64,000 nt of DNA from Hemiscyllium ocellatum (taxonomy: Eukaryota): assembly GCF_020745735.1 (NCBI RefSeq), contig NC_083413.1, positions 64,914,001-64,978,000 of the forward strand, given 5' to 3'. The position numbers were made by a program, and so were the translations under genes. Below are positions 11,676 through 22,800 of this stretch, one piece after another. The notes beneath the pieces were generated by a model, which saw only the letters and a list, made by a program, of their open reading frames with translations, did not search any database and was not told the DNA's origin. The stretch's first letter is position 1, and every line of letters starts with the position of its first letter.

Positions 11676-14600
11676 GACCAACAGCATTATTTTGTTTCTG
11701 TTTCTTTTCTCAGTTTGAGCTGGAGATTTACGGGAAATGGGGGCTTGTTTGTTTATGAAAAATAATGGTTTTAACATCCTGTTTCACAATTCTACACTTC
11801 CTGTTAGAGATAGCTTATTTGACTAATTGCAGGTGTGAAAGGAACTTACAGTGGTGGATTCATTTCCTTTCTCATTTTCTACTCCGCATCCTCCTATTTC
11901 AAAGGCCGTAACCTTGAAGTGCAGCAGTAACACTTTTGAGATATGGTGAGATATGGGATGGTCCGTTTCTGTCACTGAAAACTGGGAGAATGAAAACGAA
12001 GTCACACACCAAGCCCATAGCAAGAGCAGGAGGAAAGGCTGTTCTCAGTGTATTTCATTTTGATACGTAAAAACAGGTGAAAAGCGCTTTTTGGATGGGC
12101 ATGGGAATAATCATCATTTGAAATTCCCCATCAGGTCACACACCATTTTGACTGGGACGTGACCCATTGTTTCTTCACCAACTCTGGACTGAAATTCTGC
12201 AACATTCTCCCCAACACTCTGTGGAATTACCTACACTGCAGAAACTGTTCAATAGAGAAGCTCCCCAGGAGCTTGCAGTTGGGGGCAGGGCAACAAATCA
12301 GGAATGAGGTGTTCTGGAAGTTTGGAGCACCATGGAAATTTGGTGCCTATTTTGGTTTCAGTTCAAAGATGGCAAGGTTTTTTTTGTGGTTCATATGGTT
12401 GTAAGGCCGCATTATAAACTTCAGCTTCAACTGGGCAGAGACAGGGAGTCAGCAACAGTGTAAACTGAGGGCCAAGATTGGGGGATAGTGAGCCTAATGC
12501 ATAGGAGCAGAGTGAATCTATTAGAGCATAGAATCATAGACTCCCCAGTGGGGAAGCAGGCCACTTGGCCCATTGCATCCACACACACCCGTTGAAGAAC
12601 ATCTCACCCACACCCACTCCATTTCTGTGGCCCTGTATTTCCGACAGCTAATCCACTTAATTTGCACATCCCTGGACTTATGGGCAATTTAGCATTGCCA
12701 GACTGCCTAACCAGGACTGTGGAAGAAAACAGGAGTACCCAGAGGTAACCCATGCAGACATGGTGAGAATGTGTAAACTCCACAAGGCCAGAATTAAACC
12801 TGACTCTCTGGCTGTGTAAGGCAGCAGAGCTAACCACTGAGCCAGTATGCCACCCCGAGTACAGTAAGGAGAGGTGACTTAGAAGGGTCCTCAAGTGAAG
12901 CCATATTGGTAGAACTTAAAATCCAAAAAGGACAGTCACATTGCTGGAAATATAACAAAGAAAGTCTAAGAGAAATGGAAGAACAGGTATGCAGGCAAAT
13001 TTCAGAAAGGTGCAGAGGTAATTGAGTAGTGATAGTGGGGAATTTCAATTTCCTCAACATTAGCAGGGGTAGTCATAGTGTGAAATGTTTAGAGGGAGCA
13101 GAATTCTTAAAATGTATGGAAGAGAGATTGTAAGCCAGTATGTAGAATGCAACACAACAGAGGGGCAGACATTGACTTAATATCAGGGAATGAAGCAAGA
13201 CGAGTTTTAATATTCACCAACTTTACAGGCAATGAGTTCCAGATTTTCACCAACCTCAGTGAAAAAAAAAATCATGTCCCCTTTAAACCTTCTACGAGCT
13301 ACCTTAAATCTAAGCCCTCTGAACATTGACCTCCCCTGACTATTGGCTGTCATAATCTCAATCATGTCTTGGTCTCCTCTGTTCCAAGGAAGACAACCAC
13401 AGTCCACCCAATCTCTATTCATCATTAAAACTCTCCTTTCCGGTGTAACCACGTCTGACCTATAACGTGGATTCCAAACTATACACAATATTCTAGCTTT
13501 GGCCTAATCAGTGTTTTATACAATTCCACCATAATATCTGCAGCTTCTTGACCATCTAGTGCTCTGACCCGTGACAAGTTGCCTGCTGCTCTCTGTGTGT
13601 TAATAAGCAATGCAAGCCACAGAGGTTGGCACATTCTCAGTACAAAATAAAAGACTGGTAAGAAAGAATGCTAAGATACATCCTGGAGATGCATGAGTGG
13701 ATGCGTGAGTAGATGGATGTCCTTGCAGCAAAGTGACTTTGCAGAATGATGCAAGTCATAAGTGCCACTCAACACCAATGTCAAGTCCTGGAGGACTGAA
13801 GTGATTTGAATTTTGGATTAGTGGTGCTGGAAGAGCACAGCAGTTCAGGCAGCATCCAAACAGCAGCAAAATCGACGTTTCGGGCAAAAGCCCTTCATCA
13901 GGAATAAGTGATTTGAAAGCAGGCATGATGATGTGGTGAGGCTAATGGCTTGGTGAGGTCAACATGCATGGATGGAGGATGGAGGAGAATGTTGTGCTTG
14001 GGGCCGCAGGGACATATTGGAGAAGACAGAGTAGTCTGGAGCCCAGGAGAAGCAAGCAGCAAACTGATGCCATCCGTAACTGCTTTGACTTTCATGTTGG
14101 GAATTGGTCCTCTCTCATTTCTCAGGGAAGTGGAGAATTGGGAACTACAAAAAATTGAATCAAGCTGAGCAAATAATAAAATGTAAATGCATAGAAATAA
14201 GGTAGTCACCACTCATTAATGAGACCATTGAGAACCTGATTTTTCCATTTGTTGTTGTAATTTATCATCTTTCTCACCATTGCCCATGTGGTGGAAGGAG
14301 AGGAAAATTCAACCACATAAAAATCTATGCACACTAGATCGTATAGGTTTCTGAATCTTTGCCAAAAAAAGATTTTGAAAAAGTTGCCTCCATCTGGTAA
14401 TCCAAAAAAATTACTTCTTGAAACACCTTTGTACTCCCTGCGGTACAGTCACTCAATGATACACGATGAGGTCATTCAATATGATGTATTGATGTGCTCA
14501 TCTGTCAATGGCTGAATATGCCAAAGCAGTGGGATGTGCACTCACTTTCACATAAGGAAGAAGTCATGATTAGATTAGATTATTTACAGTGTGGAAACAG

Positions 14601-17600
14601 GCCCTTTGGCCCAACAAGTCCACACTGACCCGCAACCCACCCATACCCCTACATTTACCCCTTACCTAACACTACGAGCAATTTAGCATGGCCAATTCAC
14701 CTGACCCGCACATCTTTGGACTGTGGGAGGAAAACGGAGCACCCGGAGGAAACCCACGCAGACACAGGGAGAACGTGCAAACTCCCCACAGTCAGTCGCC
14801 TGAGTCGGGAATTGAACCTGGGTCTCAGGCGCTGTGAGGCAGCAGTGCTAACCACTGTGCCACCGTGCCATCCACAATGATCTTTGTGTACCATTCAGGT
14901 TCCCTCCTTGAGAGATGTAGTTAGCAACTTAAACTGCAGCTCACAGCTATTAATAGGGATCATTTCTCCTTTGTAAACTTGCCATTAAAAATGGGCTATT
15001 TTGTACATTTTTCCTTAGTGAGAAGATAGTATAATGATATGTTGCACCTGAAGAAAAGTGAAGGGAAACTCTTAAGGGAGTTAGAAACCATAAGTAAGAG
15101 CCATTACTGGAGGTTTTTTGCCCAAGGAGATTGTGCTTGAGCTGTATTGGGTCATAAAGTCAATAAGAACAACATTGCTCTTGTGCACCACAGGATCCAC
15201 AAGGATGGCATGTTTCTCTGTGCAGAGAAAGTGAGGACTGCAGATGCTGGAGATCAGAGCTGAAAATGTGTTGCTGGAAAAGCGCAGCAGATCAGGCAGC
15301 ATCCAAGGAGCAGGAGATTCGACGTTTTGGGCATAAGTCCTTTTTCAGGAATCCTGAAGAAGGGCTTATGCCCGAAACGTCGAATCTCCTGTTCCTCGAA
15401 TGCTGCCTGACCTGCTGCGCTTTTCTAGCAACACATTTTCAGCTCATGTTTCTCTGTGCGTCAAGATACAGAACTGACACCTTGAAATACTTGTTCTGCT
15501 TGCAAATCAGCAAATTAGTGATGAGCAAAAGATTTTTATGTTTTGAGGACATGGCATAATATTTGCAAAATCATCATTTCTGGGATGGTGTAAGTGCTTG
15601 CTACGTGCACCTATAGTTTTGGAACAATATTTCCCCGGAATGCCTATACTATGTCCTGAGGGCAGCTTTGTGAAAGTTGAAATTGGAGACAGAAGGTACA
15701 TTGTGGGTTTCCTAAAGTGTGTGGCCCTCAACTAGATATCTTATAGATGGCCAGGCTTTTGCAATATAAAGGAATGGTAACACTAAATGTCAAGGAAGGG
15801 CATCTAGTGGTGGATAATGGATGAGGAGGAAAAGATCTCCACATAGTACAGTTCTTTTCTGTAATGCTTAACTTCAAATGATCAGCCATGACTGTATTGA
15901 ATGGTAGAGCAGGCTCAGGGGAGTGAATTGCTTACTCCTGGTCCTCGTTCTGATGTTTTTATGTGCCCTGTATGCTAACAATGATTGTATGAGGAAGATG
16001 CATTTTAGGAGGAATAAAGCAGCTCTCCATTTCATTATCACACAATATCGTCCACATGAGTTTGTTTTATGGGGAAAAGTAAATGAAGAACAATAACATC
16101 CATGCATCAATCTGTGGGTATAGTTCCGTTAACAGGCAAGTGTTTTTGTTCCAGCAAAATGAATGATTTCAGAGATATTACAGCTGATGATCATGCTGCT
16201 ATCGTTGCAGCTTTTCCCTATTTTATTATCATTCTAGCTTGCTGTGTTACTCGGAGTGGCACGGTGGCACAGTGGTTAGCACTGCTGCCACACAGCACAA
16301 GAGACCCAGGTTTGATTCCCACCTCAGGCAACTATCTGTGTGGAATATGGACATTCTCCCCATGTCTGTGCGGGTTTCCTTTGGATGCTCCGGTTTCCTC
16401 CCACAATCCAAAATGTGCAGGTTAGGTGAACTGGCCATGCTAAATTGCCCGCAGTGTTAGGTGTAGGGAAATGGGTCTGGGTGGGTTGCTCTTACTTTAA
16501 TCTACTTCCCTTCTGCGGAGAGCGAGCCAGTGCAGGGGACATTAAGAGCATGGGGAAGAGCAAGCACAATGCAGGGCATTGAGCCCACTGTGACTGTGTT
16601 AGAGGTATCCTGGCATCAGTGGCGGTGACCTGAGATCACCTGGCCTCTGAGGCAGGGAGTGTGGTGCTGGAAAAGCACAGCAGGTCAGGCAGCATCTGAG
16701 AAGCAGGAGAATTGACGTTTTGGGCATCAGCCTTTCATCATTCCTGATGAAGGGTTTGAGCCCGAAATGTCGATTCTCCTGCTCCTCGGATGCAGCCTGA
16801 CCTGCTGCCCTTTTCCAGCACCACATTCTCGAATCTGATCTCCAGCATCTGCAGTCCTCGCTTTCTCCTCCGCAGCAGGGAGAGCAAGTCCAACATGGAA
16901 GAGATCGAACCCTGTGTGGAGTACAAAGTTAAAAATTACACAACACCAGGTTATAGTCCAACAGGTGTATTTGGAAATACAAGCTTTGGGAGCACTGCTT
17001 CTTCATCAGGTAGCTAGTGGGGCAGAATCATAGGCCACAGAATTTATAGCAAAACATCATCGTGTCATCCAACTGATGCGATATATCGAACAAACCACGA
17101 TTGCTATTAAGTCTCCACCTCCACACCTGTGGGGAATGCAAGCCCAGCATGGCTAAACTCTTAGGAAGGTCTGCAATATTGAACTTTTGACTATGTTTCC
17201 TTATATTTATACTTTATACCTAATCACCCTTGTACCTAAGATGACACTGGAAATGCTGATATTGTCCCCTTTTGTATCATTGTACTTGGATACAGTGGCA
17301 ATAAAAATCCAACTCTAATTCCAAGTCACAACCGATGACAGCTGAGCTCTCTCAGTATTTCAGGCATAAAATTATTTCTGGTATGAATTTTTGGTTCCTT
17401 AAGTAGCTTCAGATAAAAAAAATGGCTATTCTGGTTAGAGGACGGTAGACCATGGTTTACTTTTCTACCAGGTTCAATTGTTCTTTCTTTGAGAGTTTTC
17501 TAAACAGATCTATGGGAGCTTTTAATGAGAGAGCAACAGAGCTTCAGTTTAATACCCTGTCTGAAGTATGTCCCCTCCAACAGAACATCTGTCTCCAAGT

Positions 17601-18704
17601 TCTGCATGAGACTGTCAGCCTAGATGTTTGCAGTCACATCTCCGGAATGGGCCTGGAACCCAGATCTTTTGATTTAGAAGATGAATGCTATCAATTAACT
17701 GAGCCACTACAGATGCAACAGAAATAAAATGCCTCACAGGCAAAGTAGATCAACTGTAATTAATAGTGCCAGTTAAAGGTAGTATTCAACAAAAGGAGGA
17801 GATGCGTATGCTGTTTAACAGAATAGAAAGCTTCAAGGCTTAGAACAATTTTAGAATTTAGCGAAAGGTGACCAAGAATTTGTTCAAAAAGAAAGTATGC
17901 AAGAGACAAGTTGTATGTGATATGTACAGGTGAAGAGTCTTAGTTTAAGCTGAGGAATGAAAAACAGTCCCTGAAGACGATTGTTGCACAAGACCCTCAC
18001 CTTAAATTTCTCCTACCTTTATAGACAGCTTGTTATCATCCTTTTTCCCCTCTGTAAAAATCTGTGAAAGCCATAACTGTGGGCAAATGGTCTGACCAGA
18101 ATCCTTGAATTCAGAACCAAAGTTGTCACCATTTGCAACACTATCCCATATCAACTTTGCCGACTTTAAATAGCACAAGAAACCTCAGTAATTCCACAGA
18201 CTCAGGGATCATGAAGGATTTATTGCACAACTAAATTAACATAGTTGATGATCTCTTTAAGTAAATTGTTGGGGAAAGGGGATGGTATCAGAAGAAGGCT
18301 AATTTGCTGTTGAAAGCACATCTTTAGTTGGATATGTTGAACAGAGCATGTTAGTTGAAGGAATGAAGTTCAAAATGGTAGCAAGAGTCTTAATTCAACC
18401 TTACATACTGATTGATAATCTGCCTCCATTGTGCATTTCATGCAGTACACTCTTACAGTTCTTTCTCAACACTTCAAACATTGGTGTCCAGCATGCAACA
18501 GGTGGAAGTGTTTGTGTGTTTAGTGCGATTGCCATTTTGTTCCCAAAAGGCACCCTTAATATTCAAACTATCGATGCATTAGACTTGAATTTTGCGGTCT
18601 TAAAAATTATTGGGCTTTACCAGAACCATGTCTGGATTGTTATCTGCAGTTGAGGTCTCTTCATCCAGTGGGATTGACAGAAATTTCTGTTAATTAAATT
18701 TGAC
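11264..18704 (+). repeat. Segmental/tandem duplication copy B
   Basis: Near-identical to 1-7413. It carries 26 extra nt in the Penelope hairpin (~15320-15345) and diverges after ...aaatttgac 18704. Confidence 0.97.
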
Positions 18705-19834
18705 CTTAAAGAATCAAACTGTACTTAGTAAGTTATTGCACCATGTTCATTTATTTGATTATAAGCAGACAGTTTATAGTAAAATTGCAGGTAAAGATAC
18801 CCGCATTTGGTTTAAAGATTCCAGTTCCTTCATCCAGCTTCTAGTTTAACATAAATGACTGAGGAAAATCTCTCTTCTATTTAAATGTTAATCGCTCACA
18901 TTCCCACATGCTTTGAAATGTAAGGTTCAGCAATTACTTCAAGCCATTATTATTCAATTAATCTTTCCAGGCAAGCATAATCAAATATTCCACCACATAT
19001 GCTAGCTTGTATTTCATCAATGTTCCATGTAATTTCCAGAAAAGTGGATTCACTCTTGAAGTTCATCTGTTTGATCAATGAAGTCTCCACTTTGGTATTG
19101 AGAATAATTACGGAGGGACTACTCAAAGTCAGGATTGTGATCTCAAAGAGGTTGAGAGCTGAACCTTTGTGGTCATGGGCTCCAAAGCAGTAATGGCAGT
19201 CATAAGGCTTTGAATGATTTTTAACAGGTGTCAGGCCTGCGTTTTCAGAGGCTCTTCTGGCTACTGTGCTCTGTAGGGTCTCCCCATCACCTCTACCCCA
19301 CCTCCCTGGCTCTCAGAGTCCTCATCGAAGAGCTGTGACAATTTTGAAGCCTCTTTCTAGTCCCCTCCCTCTTTCCCTAACCTCTCTCACTTTTTAACAT
19401 TAGCCTTGCCCTCAACAGGCATAGCTTGCCAATTAGCTACATGGGTGTATTCTTGGGGTGGTGGGAAAAAATGTTAATAAACCCTTTTTATAAAGCTGTC
19501 TTCATTTGCTGTCTCACTGTAAAATATAAAAATAATCACAGGTGATTTTGGGGAAAAAAATACATAGATTCTAGGCAGGCCCGGAATAGACAACTGTTAT
19601 GGGCTGGGTGCGTTTGTGGTGCACAATAGTGTCCCAATTCTGGAAAAAGAAAGAGAAGGCTGTCCATAGGCCTTCCCTGAGGGATTGTAGTGAAAGTTCA
19701 AAGTTTAAGGGTACTCATCTGGTGACTTCACACCTGATTGAAAATCCCTGCCAACGGACTCATTGAGGGGAGGAAATTAAATTCAGCCCATTAAATCCTG
19801 TGTTATCTTATTGTGAACATCACTAGTAATACAA

Positions 19835-22800
19835 CTAATGAGAACCTCTTTGTTTCCAGACTGGTATTGAATTTTGCCTTGGTGCCATCGCTTTTGCACA
19901 ATAACTATACCATGACTCTTGTCTGGTGGCCTGGCACGTCGCCGTCAGCTCAAGGCAGACAAAGCAAAATTCGACAAAACACCTACTGCATCTAATATTT
20001 TTACAACCCGATTGGTTGTGCTCAAGCAGCCTGCCACAAGTAGGGCAGGCCCGAATAGAAGGGCAATTTGTCACAACAGTATCTGGGAGGTTAATTAATG
20101 GGCAGGTACGCAGTGTATCCAATTCTATGTTGGTGCATCCTTCATTGTCACATCGATCAGAACGTGGCCCAGGTCCTTTCCATGGCTTCAGGCATTGCCA
20201 GCAGAATTCAAAAACACTCCGTTTCTCAGCAGTACAGATAATGCAGCGGACACTTAGGTTATCCAGGTCTTTGCGTTCAACAAATGTGCTGCATCCTGGA
20301 CACTAGTGGTAAAAATAAGGCCAAATATTTAGTGACATGAATATATACACATTGATAACCCAGACTGCAACCATGAAAGGTGCAAACCCCCAGAAGTTGC
20401 TGATGTTTCTGTTATCAATGATGATGTGTTAACAGTTTAACCATCACTCCTCTGATAAAATCAAGACCCTAAATCCACTCCTCACAACACCCCAGGATTG
20501 CTACACTCCTACAATGAACAAAAGGAAGCAAAAGAAATAAATTAGAGTATGAGGGGAAGCTAGCTAGGAATGTAAAACCAGACAGCAAGTGCTTCATTTA
20601 GGAATCTGAAAGGTAAAATAATAAGTAAAAGGAGTAATGGACCTCTAGAGCATGAGAATGGGGAATTAAGAGTAGATAATAAAGTAATATTGGATGAGAT
20701 AACATCTTCACCATAGAGCATATTTTTAAAATTGCCAATAACAGCTATAAACCAGGAATGGAAGGGAGAGAGGAACATAATGAGATCACAATCATGTGGA
20801 AATCTGTATTAAACAAACTGCTGGACCTAGAGGCTGACAAGTCTCTGGCTCCAGATGAATTTCATTCCAGAGACTTGAAAGAGGTGGCAATTAAAGAAGT
20901 AATTGCATTTGTCGAAATTTTCCAAACTTCCTTTGAATCAAGAAAGATTCTACTGGACTATGCAAGAAAGCCAAAATAACTAATCTATTTATGAAGGAAA
21001 GTGTGCACATAATAGGAAACTGCAGGCAAGTTCACTTGATGTCTGGTGTGAGAAAGCTTGAAGAATCAATTATTGAAGTGATTACAGTGCACACTTAGAA
21101 AAATTCAAGGTAATTGGTAAGGGTCAAGATGGTTGTGTTGAAGGGAAATCATTTTTAACCAATTTATTAGAGTATTTTGAAAGAGTAACTTGTACTAAGG
21201 ATAAAGGGGAACCAGCAGACATACTCTACTCAGATTTCCAGATACATTTGAGGAGTTGCTGCATCAAAGGTTATTGTACAAAGTGGAAGTTCACAGAGTA
21301 ACGGGTAATAATCAAGCATAGATGGAAGATTTGCCAGCTGACAAAAAAACAGGGAATATGTGTAAATTGATGATGTGCTGTTGAAATCTGTATTGGGGCT
21401 CAAACTTTGGACAGTTTACTTCAATGACGTAAATCCTCAACATTTAATTACATCAATATGTGACGTGACAGTTAACTTGCATTGTTATTTCTGTAGAAAA
21501 CTTACTGATTGGTATTCACAGTACTCAGCTGCAGCCAACACAGCAACAGTTTCCTCAAAATATTGCTGCTCTTCTGCGGTCAGAACTGCCAGCTTGCGAA
21601 CTTCATCATAGGGCCATTCATGTCCACATTTCTCTGTCGTTCCCTCCTTTAGTGCTGGGCAGAAGAACTTATACTGACCCTATGGTTCCAAAGTTAAATG
21701 CAAATGAAAGCTTCAAACTTCAATTCAGTGAGCATCATGTGTGTGGCAGAGTAGTATATCATTCAGTTACAATTCACTAACTGAGTTCCCAACTCACTCA
21801 GGTAGATTCAATGTAATAAAAGTGATAAATAAGTTGCAGATTTTTATTTTAAATTGTTGAAGATAGAACTAAATATTATAATACTAATAAAATACCAAAT
21901 TTGAAATAAATAGATGACAAGAACCAAAGTCACATCATACAGTACAATGTGCAGTAATTTATTTTGATGTACAATAAGTAGTGGTATTGTTCACAAAGCC
22001 CACATATTCAGAATATAATTTTTAACAAGTGTTATGTACTCCAGACTACCTGAAACTTCTCCTTAGGGAGATTGTGGTCTAGCAAAGTTTGACATGTTCA
22101 CTGCAGTACATTTTATTGCATGAGAAACTAGGGACAAGAATGATTCAATTATATTAATAAAATTCAAATTTGGAAAAAAAAACATAAAAAGCATCACTGC
22201 AGGTGGAATAAAGCATTGTTGTATTTTTACACATTTATACAGTTTCTTTAAATTTGACAGACTCAATTTAAAAGCCAAAAATGCTTACCTGATCTAGGAG
22301 ACTTCGACACCAACCGGTCAGTGAATTTGGATCAACTGCATGTTTGCAGGACATTTCTGCTCGCAAAATATTAGGATCATCATCTCCTGAAATGGCAAGG
22401 AACACAGTCACTTTTGAAAGGATGCTATTTGGGAATCAGCAAATGTGAATTACCAATAACAGAAGGGCCAGTTTAAACATTGACCTTGGACTAATATTTG
22501 ATGAACATCTTAACATGATGATGGATTTTTGCAAGGTTTGTGAAGGTTTGTAGCTCAGGGTGAGGTTTGCTCACTGAGCTGTAGGCTTGATATCCAGATG
22601 TTTCATTACCTGGCTAGGTAACATCATCAGTGGCGACCTCCAAGTGAAGCGAAGCTGTTTCTCCTGCTTTCTATTTATATCTTTCTCCTGAATGGGGTTC
22701 CTGGGGTTTGTGGTGATGTCACTTCCTGTTTGTTTTCTGAGGGGTTGATAGATGGCATCTAGGTCTATGTGTTTGTTTATGGTGTTGTGGTTGGAGTGCC

